A stretch of DNA of 64,000 bases from Vicugna vicugna. Taxonomy: Eukaryota. The stretch is from positions 1,984,001-2,048,000 of the forward strand of contig MU061717.1 in NCBI GenBank assembly GCA_013265495.1, in the 5' to 3' direction. Positions 38,366 through 50,726 of the stretch are shown in pieces. Position 1 is the first letter of the stretch. Each line of letters begins with the position of its first letter. The position numbers and the translations under genes are program-made. The notes beneath the pieces were generated by a model that made no database searches, was not told the DNA's origin, and was given only the letters and a program-made list of their open reading frames with translations.

Positions 38366-40389
38366 GAAAAGTGCTTGTCATGGTGGGTTTCCACAAATTG
38401 AACATAATTGTGTGACCAGCACTCAGATGAGAAAACTGACCATCTCCAGTTCCACTGGGAAGCGTTGTGTGTGGCTATAACTCACCCTTCTTGTTACTTT
38501 CTCATGTGTGTGTGGTCCAGTCAGGTGTCAGGGGCTTGAACTGAGGAAACTTCTGGTTTTCACAGGCTGTTTCTTTTATAACCATCCAATGCCTAAATGC
38601 TTCTAGCAGAACACAGGGTATTTTTCTATGGGGTTTCATAATCCCATAATCCACATGTTCCCTGCAACCCTCACTGTGAACATGGGCATGGAATTATTTG
38701 GTAACTCAGATACACATTTGTTCTCCCAAAGTCTTTTCTTTAGAAAGCAAGACTTGATCTTTCAGAGGATTCTTTCTCATATTTGTGGATGTCTTTTAGG
38801 TCCAAGCTGAAACTTTTGTTTTCATTTGGAATTCATGCATGCTAACACAGTTTATATTTTCTGTGGTGATGGAATATTTTAGGGCTTGTTGCCTCATTGT
38901 ACTTAAATAAAAAGCCTGAGGGGGCATTTAACCAAGTTTAAGCTAGAAATAAAGATAATATAGTAATTTCAAATAGTTTTGTGTGTTCGAGATGAGATTT
39001 TGAAGCGATGATTCCACAGTGAATTTTAATGATGATTGTGTATAATGACGTTTATGGATGTTCCATCACCATTCATTTTAATGAATATAATTAGTATGTT
39101 AGATTATGGATTTGTAATGTGAAATGAGAACTTTTAATAAGCTTTCTCTATAATGGTTCATGCTGCGAGCACACAAAGTATGAGACACTGAACTTGACTA
39201 AGTCATAGCAGGGCTTTCGGAATCAGTAGCCTCATGTTTCAAATCAGGATGAATTTCAAATTTTGAAAAACGCAGCTAAAAAATTAAAAGGCAGTTACAT
39301 AACCAGATACTCTATATCCTTTTGGGGAAGTTGGGACAAGATGTTAATTTTTATAATGCAAAGAAAATTTTACTTTTGAAGGGATCAAGTAGAAAATGGA
39401 ATTGAAGTTACACTTTGAGTAAAACTTGTTGATTGCAAGACCCCGTTAGCATTTTTAACATTTCACCACAAATGCTTTTGACATTTTCTTTGGGAAACTT
39501 TTGGAGAAGAACCAGCCAAAGTCTGAAATTTGTTTTGGTGTAGTCTTGCCCAAACTGGCAGTGAGTCGTTTTGACCCCCGATCTGGTGATCCCCAGAAGC
39601 TTTCTGGATACGTACCTGAAAATACAACAAATACCAATTTCATCATTTAAAGTTTTGTTTTTTCCCGTAAAAGGATGTGAAAAAATTTTTTTATGAAGTG
39701 TATCCATTCTTACAACATTTTGAAGAAGTATGGTATTATTTTCAGTCTATATCATTAGCTGGTCTTTAATTTTTTTAAAGCTCAATTTTTTTCCCCTTAT
39801 CAAGACAGTATGATCTGGGTAGATAATTTGGGAAAGACACAAGATTCATTTTGTTCTACTTTTCTGTAATGCCGCCACCTGGAGATAACAGTTTTAAAAC
39901 TGTCGAGGACTTAATGTCTTGTTTTCACTTCCTTTAAGATCCATTTTAGTGTTTTAGCCTTGGACTTTAATTTTTTTTTTCCCTCTTGGAGATTTAGGTT
40001 GGCCCTAAAATGCTATCATGTTGTTTCAGCTTTTACGTAATTTACTCTATTACTTTTAGACAACAAATCAGATACTTTCATATTTCTAGTGTTACCTAGC
40101 AATGTTTTTTCTTACTGTTACATTTTAAGATGTTAGCTCAGAAAAAAGTCTTTCAAATAAATCTGTATTAAGTAAAATGTTGAGAATTCATGCCTGTAAT
40201 TAAATAAAGACCATTGTTTTGTTGACTAGTATTGTAGTGGCATCAAGTAAAGTAACAATAAATGGGTCGTTGATCATTTTAAATCTGTTATGTTACAGGA
40301 CAACTTAGCAAATTATGTGAACTAGTGATAGGAAAGCGGGTGGAGAAGTGTAGAACCTGAAATTACTGTGGTGATGGATGGACTCCATG

Positions 40390-40760
40390 AGGTTGGAGCT
40401 TATTAACTCATACACTTGAAAGAGCTTCAGCTACAGCTGTATCCAATGATCAAACTACGTCATAAGGGATCTGTCCATTTCTTGGCTCTGCTTTCTTTTG
40501 GGTTGATGTCATTCTTGGTCAGGGTATCCCCATATGGTTTCAAGATGGCTACCAGCAACTGCTGGCATCTTTCCTGCATTTAATAATCCTAGCAAATGAG
40601 AGTTTCTCTTGCCAAAGGCTTGAGCAGAAGTTCCAGTATTGAGTCTCATTGGACTCACTTTGAGAACTTGCTATTTTCAAACCAATCATTGTGGCAAGGT
40701 AGGTGGAATGCTGTGATTACCAGGGTTGGGTCACATCCCTCCCATGTCACCCTAGGGCAC
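40390..40760 (-). mobile_element. MaLR LTR fragment (MLT1K-like)
   Basis: cagctgtatccaatgatcaaactacgtcat, ttggctctgctttc, caagatggctaccagc, tctcattgg...aaccaatcattgtggcaagg...gggtcacatccc. Confidence 0.8.
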
Positions 40761-41269
40761 AGCGCGTTCCCCCAACAAACATCAAGATGATGTAACCAGA
40801 AGAAAGGAAACAGACTCTAAAGCAGAAAAGCTCCTGCGTGTCTGCTGTGAAGATCAATGAAAAGTAAAGTCTAATTCCCATTAAACCTTTCGCTGTTGCC
40901 ACATGAGTTAGCAGGTAACTGTGTGTGGACTTCTTTTTCTACCATTGCTTCATGTATTGGTTTTGTTAAGATGAAGGGCTGAAACTTCTCTTTTTTAAAA
41001 ACTTCTCTTTCAGCACTAAGCATGGTCCTAAATAACTGAATATTGAATTCTGAGGTATACTAGAGTTAAGTAGGAGATATTGACACCACCGTTTTGTTCA
41101 TTGTATCTTTTGGGATGTGTTTGAGAGAAATCACCTAACTCTATAAGTGCACAGGTTTGTTTTTTTTTTTTTTAGTGTAAGTATGTGGGAGGATTTTTTT
41201 GCTACAAATATGTTTAATACTATAAAAGGTGATAGAGATTAGGACTGAGAATATTAACCTAGGGTTATA

Positions 41270-41430
41270 TTCTTTCTAAGAGACCATGGAGGGCTTTCTG
41301 GATGTCTGTGAGCTCCCTAAAATCCTAGCAAAATCTGTATACCTGTGTAGTTTTCTTGAGAGAAGGCCTGTAGGTTTCATTAGGTACTCAAAGGAGGACC
41401 CATAGCCTACAAAAGGTTCAGAACCACAGG
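41270..41430. mobile_element. hAT-Charlie-type MITE remnant, family unresolved
   Basis: ccatggagggctttctggatgtctgtgagctccctaaaatc...tactcaaaggaggaccc...aaaaggttcagaaccac, ending in a Charlie-like TIR. Confidence 0.55.
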
Positions 41431-42299
41431 ATAAAATACGTTATACGAACCAGTATTTCCTCACTTGACGAGGTTGAACAACTTACTGTATGGGGGAGAA
41501 ATTAATAATGCAACTTTGGAGACACACGAAGGAATTTAAGCTCTAGGATGAATTAAGTCATGCTAACCAATTCAGTCTGTACAGGGTTCAAATAAAATGT
41601 ATTATGGATGAGCCTGTAATAAAATGAGCTTCCTCAGTGCTGCCAGTTCGATGGTTAATGACTGGAAATGTGCAGCCAGCTGATTTTTGGCTCAAGGCTC
41701 TGAAGCAGGCACAGGCCCACCTCTTGCCATTAGGAAGTAAAGGGAAAGTGATAAAAGATGTTACTTTGCTCTCATAAGCGATTTATGACAACAGTTTAAT
41801 AAAAGTTTAATAAGTTTCCTCCCCCCAGGATGAGGAGGGGAGCCAGTCAGCCTCAGGGGGAGTTTCATGTGGGATGTGAAGCCCCTTGGCATCTGTGTTG
41901 CTTTCCCCCGGGAACCATGCAAGGAAAGAGGGAGGAAGATGGAGCCTGATGTTTCTCTAGCCCAGTCAGGGCTGCTGCTGTGCTTGTGTGTTTCTTTCCC
42001 CTGCAAATGCAAGTTGTCCCAGTGAGTTTAAGCTTCAGCCTCACGTCTGTGGTGCTGCCCAGGCTGTGAGCCTCGATAGTTTACACACAGGGCGTTCTGT
42101 TTTAATACCACCACCATCACTCTTTTCAGCTACATAAACATCATCAGAGATTGAGGGTTTTGTGAAGGGATTCATGGTCTCTAATATTTAGTGAAGGAAC
42201 AAAAGTTCTCCCGGGGAGTCCAGTGGGCTCGTTTAAAGGATTGCTTCATGAAGATGTATTGCAGTGTGGGTCAGTTTTAATTTTCTTCAACCCCCCCCC

Positions 42300-42385
42300 T
42301 TTTTTTTTTGGAGGTACTAGGGATTGAATCCAGGACCTCATGCATGCTAGGCACCCACTCTACCACTGAGCTGTACCCACCTCCC
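42300..42385 (-). mobile_element. tRNA-Ala(AGC)-derived camelid SINE (Vic-1 type), head plus A-tail only
   Basis: Reverse complement reads gggaggtgggtacagctcagtggtagagtgggtgcctagcatgcatgaggtcctggattcaatccctagtacctcc then A10: A box, B box and AGC anticodon region. Confidence 0.85.
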
Positions 42386-42492
42386 AATTTAGGCCATCTG
42401 GTTTTAATGTCTGCCTTCCTCCCCAGTCCTGACCCTGTGGGTCCTGGTGTAGGTGGTTTTACAGCCAGCATGCAGAGAGCCTTTTGTTTATT

Positions 42493-42737
42493 AACGGCTT
42501 AAAACTCTTTTGACAATAATCTGTAGTAAGATATGTTTTACGTCATGACCCAGTATATACATATATCAATGGGTATGTAGGCATAACAAAAAAGGTTTCA
42601 CAAAGCAATATTTACTCTTATCCACTGTGTTCTGATATTTTATTTTCTATTTGGTCAAAGAAAATACTACTTGTTTCCATTCATTCAGTTGGTTTCATAG
42701 CCCACTTACAGTTTGCTCCCTGCAGTTGGAAAGCCAC
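42493..42737. mobile_element. hAT-Charlie-type non-autonomous element (same family as 54372-54535)
   Basis: aaactcttttgac...agtaagatatgttttacgtcatgacccagta...aaggtttcacaaagcaata...cagttggaaagccac. Confidence 0.65.
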
Positions 42738-42878
42738 CTCTCCAAGGGCTACTCCATGACGTGTTGACATTTGTGCTGTGGTGAGGGTGGCTCAGGGCAC
42801 CGCAGAGCGGCTGAGCCTTTGTGTGGCGTGGCAGAGCCGAGCTGTGTGTTGTCTTGTGGCACATGGGATCTTCCGGAG

Positions 42879-43289
42879 GCAGTAGAGCATAGTGGTGAAG
42901 AGCAAATGTTCTAGTTAGAGTTAGAATATTCTAGTTTGGTTCATTCTTTTTTAAAAATTTTTATTTTAATTTTTGTTGAGGGAGGAGGTAATCGGGTTTA
43001 TTTATTTATTTTTAAAGGAGATACTGAGGATTGAACCTAGGACCTCATGCATGCTAAGCATGTGCTCTACCACCTGAGCTATACCCTCCCACCTGGTTCA
43101 GTTCGTTCTTGCTCTGGGACACCACCATTTGTCTCTGGTTCTGGGCAAGTTTCTTAAACCTCTCTGAGTTGGTTTCCCCATATTTAAAACAGAAATAACG
43201 AGACTACTTTCTTAAAACACTGTGAAGGTTGAGTTATATAAAGCATTTGGCATAAGCACCTAGTGATGTTTAACGACTGTTTGCTATTA
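42879..43289 (+). mobile_element. MIR SINE split by a Vic-1 insertion
   Basis: 5' part gcagtagagcatagtggtgaagagca (42879-42943); resumes with ctgggcaagtttcttaaacctctctgag...ttgctatta (43094-43289). Confidence 0.75.
42946..43090 (-). mobile_element. Vic-1-type camelid SINE, full length
   Basis: Reverse complement: gggagggtatagctcaggtggtagagcacatgcttagcatgcatgaggtcctaggttcaatcctcagtatctcc, then an aaataaataaataaacccgattacctcc tail. Flanking tggttca duplicated at 42937-42943 and 43094-43100. Confidence 0.9.
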
Positions 43290-43484
43290 ATGTTGTCAAT
43301 ATTGTATCATAATAATCACGTGTGTCCCCAGTTGGATTGCATTTTCCTTCTGCCCTTTGGAATAATCTGGGCTGAGCCCACTAAGGCTATGTGGCTTACG
43401 TGTAGGGATAAATCCTGTGTTCCACAGCATGGACTGTAAGCAGTATAGTTAAATGGAAGCAATATATTACAGCCATTTACACCT

Positions 43485-43930
43485 TGAATTGGTCAGGACT
43501 AATTTCAATGACACGAAACCGAAACCTCAATCAAACTGGTTTAAGCAAAAACAGGAAATTATTGATTCACATAATGGCATTGCTTTTGGCACTGGCTGTA
43601 TCCAGCTGCTCTGACGATATCAGAAATGTCTCTCCCTTTCTTGCCCTTCCTTTCCCTGTTGGCTTCATTTTCAGGCAAGTTTGCCCCAAGCAGAAACAGC
43701 CACCAGCTTCTGTAGTTCTGTATGAGATACCATCTCACACCCTATAGGATGTGAGCAGGAAGAGGAAGCCTCTTTTTTTAGTAGTTTCAACTTAGTTCTA
43801 CATCTGATGGGCATTGACTCAGATAAACTCATCACCCCTCCTGACCTCTGTGGTCTTAGTCACTGAGTCAAAGGAGGCAGTATTACCAACCCTGGGTCTA
43901 TACCTCCCCATCCCACTCAAACCACACGGG
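43485..43930 (-). mobile_element. MaLR LTR (MLT1K-like)
   Basis: gtcaggact...caaactggtttaagcaaaaacaggaaattattgattcacataa, ggctgtatccag, gttggcttcattttcaggcaag. Confidence 0.75.
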
Positions 43931-44736
43931 AAGGACTGGGCAGGGCTGCTGCGTGGGGCAGTCACCACAGATGTCCACCGTGCACCTCCACCGTTCCGTC
44001 TTGTAACATAGGACTTTGTGCATGAGACTGCCTTGGAAGAATACAACTGAGATCCGTGTTATCAGTTAGATACTTCTCATTCCAGACTACATTTCAGTTC
44101 CACTGTATGGCACAGCTGTGTTTGAAGATGTGCCATCCCTTCAGCAATTTTCTGATCACTGTTAAAAAAGTTTCTTTTCCTCCACCCCATTTTTTTGTTG
44201 CCACTTAGAAGTTATAATTTCCTTGTGTCTTATTTTGTGCCTCCATCTCTGATCTGCTTTCTCAAGCTTTTAGCACTTGTTGCTCTCATTACCAACACAA
44301 AAAAATGCAGATATGTGACACTCCACCTCCTCCGTGGTCACTGCCATTCATTTTGTGGTCTGGCCAGTCTGAGGGTCAGACTGTGTTGTACAGTGCCCCT
44401 TTCATCCTTTGGCCATGAATGAGGATCTCCTGTTTGCTGGACTCCATGAAGCTGGATCTCTGAGTTGTTGGACAGCCCCTGACTTTCCCTGTACATGCAC
44501 GCATGCACACACAACACACACACAGCCATGCACACAGACACGGATGGGACTGGTGACAATGGGCACTGTAGCTTCAGTGGAGGCTCCAGATGGTGATTTG
44601 TGTCTGCCAGGTTGTTTAACAGTATTGTGGGTCTGGAGCCAGCGAAGTTGAACACACACCCCAGAGCCTTTCATCTGCCATGTGCAAGATGCAGTTAGCC
44701 CCCTAATGAAATTAGAAATAAGGAAAGCACCACTCT

Positions 44737-45400
44737 ATTCTTTATTGTGTTAAAATACACATAAAATTTACCATCTTAACCATTTTGTAAGTGTACAGTT
44801 TGGTGGTATGGAATATACTTACAGTTAGGTTATCATCACCACCGTCTATCCTCTTCACTCTTTGCATTTTGTGGAATTGAAACTCTGGCACTATTAAATA
44901 ATAATTCTACATTCTCCCCTCCCCTGGCCCTTGGCAACCACCATATTTTCTGTCTTTGTGATTTTGACAGTTCTAGGTACCTCATATAAATCAAATCATG
45001 CAATATTTGTCTTTTTGTGACTGGCTTGCTTCACTTAGCCTAATGTTCTTAAGGTTCATCCATACTGTAGTATGTTGCAGAATTGCCATCCTTTTTAAGG
45101 CTGCGTAGTACTCCATCATATGTATATACACATTTTGCATATCTGTTCATCCACTGATAGACACTCAGGTTGCTTCTATGTTTTAGCTCTTGTATATGAG
45201 TATAGATATATCTCTTTGAGACCCTGCGTTCAGTCTTTTTGGGTATATACCCAGAAATGGAATTGCTGGGTCATACGGTACTTCTAGTTTTTAATTTTTG
45301 TAGGAATCTCCATCCTATTTTCCACAGCAGGTGTACCATTTTACATTCCCACCAATAGTGTACAAGGGTTCCAGTTTCCCTACATCCTTGCCAACATTGT
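44737..45400 (-). mobile_element. L1MB-class 3' end (3' UTR plus ORF2 tail)
   Basis: aaatttaccatcttaaccattt, ggcaaccaccat, aaggttcatccat, tatatacccagaaatggaattgctgggtcatacgg, ttacattcccaccaatagtgtacaagggttcc. Confidence 0.9.
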
Positions 45401-45440
45401 TTTTTTGTTTGTTTGTTTTTTTGGGGGGTTTTTTTGGTTG

Positions 45441-45601
45441 NNNNNNNNNNNNNNNNNNNNNNNNNNNNNNNNNNNNNNNNNNNNNNNNNNNNNNNNNNNN
45501 NNNNNNNNNNNNNNNNNNNNNNNNNNNNNNNNNNNNNNNNNNNNNNNNNNNNNNNNNNNNNNNNNNNNNNNNNNNNNNNNNNNNNNNNNNNNNNNNNNNN
45601 N
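45441..45601. other. Assembly gap (161 N)
   Basis: Run of N counted directly. Confidence 0.99.
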
Positions 45602-46654
45602 ATCTTTAAAGCCCAATATTGTGCTTTAATATTCTATAACTGTATAGGAGACACAGACCAAATGCTATGCATGTATACACAAAGGTACAAATTCAGTTAT
45701 TCCAAAAGTATGTATTATTTTAGGGACAAAATTAGGAAACTCCCTAAAGACATTTAAAAACTTTTTAAGTCTCAAAGTTTTTATGTGTAAATTTATATAT
45801 ATGTGTGTTTATAAAATGTATGTATATTAAACACCAGGCAAGGAATAGATGTGATTTGCATATATTATCTAGTGGGAGCTTTGTAACTCCATTGAGCATG
45901 TCCAGTTGTGTGAAAACATGAGCACGTGCAGAGTTGCAGCCTTGTTGTCAAACTGAGTAGGACTGGCGACTGGTTAACCTGAAGGCTCAATTAAGATGAT
46001 GAGGATACATGATAAATGACCCATGCTTTAGACATTTTATTTTAAATGAAAACATAATTTCTGAGCAACATGTTGATTAGCATTTTGATGTTTCTCAGCA
46101 AGTGATGTGCACATGGAGACCCCAATATTTTTCTCCCAGTGGTCTGTCACTTGCTGTAAAATTTTGAGGACCAAAAATGTTCTGATGTCGGCCCAAGACC
46201 TTCAGGAAGGATCCTCTAACAGAAGTATCTTTCTTCTATAAACTCAGCCATAATTTATTACCATTTGTATTTCTTTAAGGCAGATCTAGAATTTAGCAAT
46301 ACTTGCAAAATAATCTACGTTCAGGATCCTTCCAGAATTTTCCTAGTCTTTTATACTTGTCTCTCCCACACCTGATTCACCAGCAGACTTTTTTCATGGT
46401 TTGCTTTCACTGAGCTTGTACAAGGCATTTAACTTAGTTTTTAGAGAAGTGTCTCCTTTTTGACATTCATAGTTAATTGCTTTTGCATGATTCTTAGCGA
46501 GTATAAATGCAAAGCAAATATGATTGGCCTAGAAAGGAACCGCAGCTCACCTGGCATGAATGCGCAGCTCCCTTGGTGGCAGCAGATGCGAGCAGGTGTG
46601 CTGGCTCTAGGAGCACCAGTGACGGACACGTATGTGGGAGTTGCTGTGTGGTCT

Positions 46655-46790
46655 AAGCTCTTTACATACATTGACTCACTTAATCGTCACAGTACCCCTA
46701 TCAGGTACGGCACGCTTATTTCTTTCTCACAGATGAGGAAAATGATGCACAGAGAGGTTGGGAGACTTGCCTAAGAGTAGCCTGCTAGCT
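46655..46790 (-). mobile_element. MIR SINE
   Basis: ctcacttaatcgtcacagtacccctat...tcacagatgaggaaaatgatgcacagagaggttgggagacttgcctaag. Confidence 0.8.
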
Positions 46791-47369
46791 GTCAGCCTCC
46801 AGCCTGCCTTAGTCATTTTGTTTTGCGAAGAGAATGAGAATATTTTACATGAAGGTAGATTAAGAGCGAGGAGAGTGAGAGCAAAACTGTGGCAATATCT
46901 ATCCCCTAAACAAAAACCCTGTCATAACACGTAAAGCCTTCTGAAACATTCTCCGTAGCACCCTAAATTAGAATCTAGGCTTTTAGAGGTAGAAATGACC
47001 TGTATAATCATTTATCCCATCCCCCACACACCCTGACAAGATTACCAAGGCCCAGAGGGGTGAGATGATTTGCTTTACAAGGACCCAACTCGTTCGTGGC
47101 GTGTTCTTTGTGAGATTTAGCTTCCTGCCTTACTCCACGTTTCTTTCCAGGAGAAAGGGATGCATGCCTTCCTGAGAGGATCGTTCAGGAAGTGAGTCTC
47201 AGAGTCTGCCAAGAGAGAAGGAAGGTTGGTGGATATGAATCCACAGCTATCTATCTCAAGCCAGTGTAAGCCTGTACCAGAGAGTCTTACGGCTAGAAAG
47301 GGTCTAGGAATGTGGTTTTCTCCATTCTGTCTAGAAAAGGAAGGAATGCGGCCAGCTGCACACCTCCAA

Positions 47370-47495
47370 GGCAGGTGGTGCTATCACTACTTTATGGGTG
47401 AGGAAGCAGAGCTTCAGAGAGGTATAGTGATTATCCAAAGTCACACAGCCAGAAGGAAATGGAAGCTGGGTATGAACCTCTACTTGCTGAAGCTG
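47370..47495 (-). mobile_element. MIR core fragment
   Basis: actttatgggtgaggaagcagagcttcagagagg...ccaaagtcacacagccagaagg...gctgggtatgaacc. Confidence 0.75.
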
Positions 47496-47710
47496 AGGCC
47501 CATTGTCATTGTGCCGCCTTGTGATGCCACCCAGGGGCAGGGTAATTGTTCATCCCACGTGGTTGTGTGACAAGTTTTCTTGGCAAGAAGTTCTTCCAAA
47601 AGCTAATCCTAAATATCTCTTTGATTTAAATCTATATCCTCTGCAGCCCTCAGTCAACAATGAAAGTAATAATAGATCATAGTATCTTGGGTAATAATCT
47701 ATATGTATGT

Positions 47711-47800
47711 ATTTAATTGGGGTGTAATTGACAAATAACAATTGTATATACTTAAGGTATATAAAGTGATGATTTGATATATGTATACAGTGTGAAATAT
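47711..47800 (-). mobile_element. Older L1 (L1MA/MB class) extreme 3' end
   Basis: aattgacaaataacaattgtatatacttaaggtatataaagtgatgatttgatatatgtatacagtgtgaaat. Confidence 0.7.
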
Positions 47801-47807
47801 TTTTAAG

Positions 47808-48566
47808 TTTTTTTTTTCTGTTCTCAAACTTTTGAAAGTTGAAGTAAAATTGATTTACAAACACTGTTAGTTCCTGGTGCATATCATAGTGATTTGATAT
47901 TTTTGTACATTACAAAATGATCACCACAGTAAGTCTAGTTATCATCTGTCACCATACAGTTATTACAGTATTATTGACTTATTCCCCATGCTGTACATTT
48001 CATCCCCGTGATTTAGTCTATAACTGGAAATTTGTACTTCTTAATCTCCCTTACCTATTTTGCTCATCTCCCATACCCTTCCCCTCTGGCAACCACCTGT
48101 TTGTTCTCTTTATCTATGACTGTTTCTGTTTTGTTATGTTTGTTCATTAGTTTTGTTTTTAGATTCCACATATAAGTGAAATTATATANNNNNNNNNNNN
48201 NNNNNNNNNNNNNNNNNNNNNNNNNNNNNNNNNNNNNNNNNNNNNNNNNNNNNNNNNNNNNNNNNNNNNNNNNNNNNNNNNNNNNNNNNNNNNNNNNNNN
48301 NNNNNNNNNNNNNNNNNNNNNNNNNNNNNNNNNNNNNNNNNCAGACATCACATCTTCTTTAACTTCATGTATTGATGGGCACTTAGGTTGCTTCCATATC
48401 TTGGCTAATGTAAATAATGCTGCAGTGAATGTAGGGGTGCATATATCATTTTGAATTAGTGTTTTTGTTTCCTTCAGAAAAATGCCCAAAAGTGGAACTA
48501 CTGGATTGTATGGTAGTTCTATTTTTAGTTTTTTGAGGAAATTCAATACTGTTTTCTGTAGTGGTT
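47808..48566 (-). mobile_element. L1 3' end with ORF2 C-terminal remnant, gap inside
   Basis: Minus ORF 48064-48546 reads FLKKLKIELPYNPVVPLLGIFLKETKTLIQNDICTPTFTAALFTLAKIWKQPKCPS, typical of the L1 ORF2 C-terminus; 3' UTR and T-tail lie to the left. Confidence 0.92.
48189..48341. other. Assembly gap (153 N)
   Basis: Run of N counted directly; lies inside an L1. Confidence 0.99.
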
Positions 48567-48965
48567 TTGATTATATTTTCTGAGTGAAATTGCATCTTGG
48601 ATAGATTTTTTTTGAGGAGGGAAAACGAGACCGGTTGGGAATGTTTAGGTGTCAGTAGAATCTTAGGATCGAAGCAGTCTATTTCAAATCACCGTTATCC
48701 ATGCTCACATCTGCTGTGCAGCATCTCCATCAAGCCTGTGCTCTGGATGGTTTTCAGCCCAGGAATCAAAAGACATAAGACAGAGGAAATTTACCACATT
48801 AGACAGCCAACTCCATCTTTGCCTGGGAAGTCATGCTCACACATAGCCTTTTACAGGATGAAGGTTTTTAGGACATTACTTTAGACTCTGTTTACAAAAG
48901 TAAATGATGTTTGTCATGGAAACTTTAATAACAGAAGAAAGCTCAAGGAAGACTATGAAAACCTA

Positions 48966-49482
48966 TGTATATTAGTTACTTATTGCTGTAGAACAAATTA
49001 CCCCCAAACTTACCCACTTGAAGTGGGTACTTTTATTATTTCATGTGATTGGAGAGTCAGGAATCTGAGAATGGCGTAGCTGGCTTGATGGCTTAGTTCT
49101 CTCGTGAAGTTACAGTCAAGCTGTGAGTTGAGGCTGTAGTCGTCTGGAGACTTGACTGGTGCTGGAGGGTCTGCCTTCAGATTCACTCGTGTGTGGGTTG
49201 GCAGGAGGCTTCAGTTCTGGCCTCTCTATAGGGCTGCTCACAGTATGGCTTCCCTTAGCACCGTGTTGATCTGAGAGCGAGAACTTGTAGCAGCGAGTGA
49301 TGAAGATAGAAGCCAGGATCTTTTATAAGCTCATCTTAGGCATGACAGCCCATCACTTCCATTGAATTCTGTTGGTTTTGTAAGCAACCCAGGTATTATG
49401 TTGTAGGAGGGACTGGACTACATGAGGCTGTGAATACCAGGAGGTGGGGACATTAGAGGCCGTTGTGAGGCTGCCTACCACG
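48966..49482 (-). mobile_element. MaLR solo LTR (MLT1F-like), near full length
   Basis: Starts tgtatattagttacttattgctgtagaacaaattaccccc; gacttgactggtgctggagg; ends gtgaataccaggaggtgggga...ggctgcctaccac. Confidence 0.88.
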
Positions 49483-50030
49483 GTTTGTCAATTACAATTT
49501 TGTTTGCATAAATTACATAAATTTTTACTCACTGTTCTTTGTCCCCCCCAAGAGTATTACAAAATACAAAAGGTCGTCAGGAAAAAGAAATTGGAAGGGA
49601 ACATGATGTTGAGAGATGAATGACCTGTAAACTTTTTATTGCTCTCCCATCCTAGACATTGCCAATTTTACCCCAAGTCTGCCATATTGAGATCCATGTG
49701 GTTTGGGGAGGAGTGGACTGATGGCAGTCATGTGAATAGAAGGATCTGGATGTGCCTTGATCCCAAGGCTGTTTGTGTTTTGGGGAACCTCAGATCCCAC
49801 TGCCTCTGAGAGAGGATAAGAAGTTTAGGATTCTGTCCAGGCAGAAGTCTGGGAGAGGCTTTTGGCTCCTGGACCTCTTCCCTCTGCTGTTTTGGATGCA
49901 GTATTAAAAAACAGAGATTTGTAAGAGATACTCTAATTTTTACAAATACTACAAACAGTTATTTGGGAAAAAAGATGTAAGTACTTCAAACATAAATGTA
50001 TTGAAAGTGACTTGAAAGTGTTTTGTGGGG

Positions 50031-50726
50031 ATACATGCACCCCAGTGTTCACAGCAGCACTATTTACAATAGCCAAGACATGGAAGCAACCTAAATGCCC
50101 ATCGACAGATGACTGGATAAAGAAGTTCGTNNNNNNNNNNNNNNNNNNNNNNNNNNNNNNNNNNNNNNNNNNNNNNNNNNNNNNNNNNNNNNNNNNNNNN
50201 NNNNNNNNNNNNNNNNNNNNNNNNNNNNNNNNNNNNNNNNNNNNNNNNNNNNNNNNNNNNNNNNNNNNNNNNNNNNNNNNNNNNNNNNNNNNNNNNNNNN
50301 NNNNNNTGGTTGGATGTAGAGATTATCATAGTAAGTGTAGTAAATCAGACAGAGAAAGAATAATATCATCTGATATTACTTATGTGGAATCTAAAAAATG
50401 ATATGAAGAAACTTATTTACAAAACAAATAGACTCACAGACATAGAAAACAGATCTATGATTACCAAAGGGGAAGGGTAGGAGGAGGGATAAATTAGGAG
50501 TTTGGGATTAACAGATACAGACTACTGTATATAAAATAGATAAACAACAAGGACCTACTGTACAGCACATGGAACTATATTTAGTATCTTGTAATAACCT
50601 ATAATGGAAAAAAATCTGAAGGAGAATATTTATATGTGGGTGTATTACTAAATCACTTTGCTGTACACCTGAAACTAATACAGCATGTAAATCAATTATA
50701 CTTCAATATAAATTTTTTTTAATTAA
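50031..50726 (+). mobile_element. 5'-truncated cetartiodactyl-type L1 with 16-bp target-site duplication
   Basis: ORF2 remnant DTCTPVFTAALFTIAKTWKQPKCPSTDDWIKK plus 3' UTR. TSD aaagtgttttgtgggg (50015-50030) and aaaatgttttgtgggg (50727-50742), one mismatch. Confidence 0.93.
50131..50306. other. Assembly gap (176 N)
   Basis: Run of N counted directly; lies inside an L1. Confidence 0.99.

Noticed and set aside
42300-43090. Two functional tRNA-Ala(AGC) genes on the minus strand
   Set aside because: Both have broken stems (e.g. mismatches in the T and anticodon stems of the first copy, an extra base in the D loop of the second) and run into A-rich SINE tails; one has a TSD. They are SINE copies.
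45331-50401. ORFs containing long X runs
   Set aside because: Artefacts of translating through N gaps; the only real similarity is to the decayed L1 ORF2 C-terminus.
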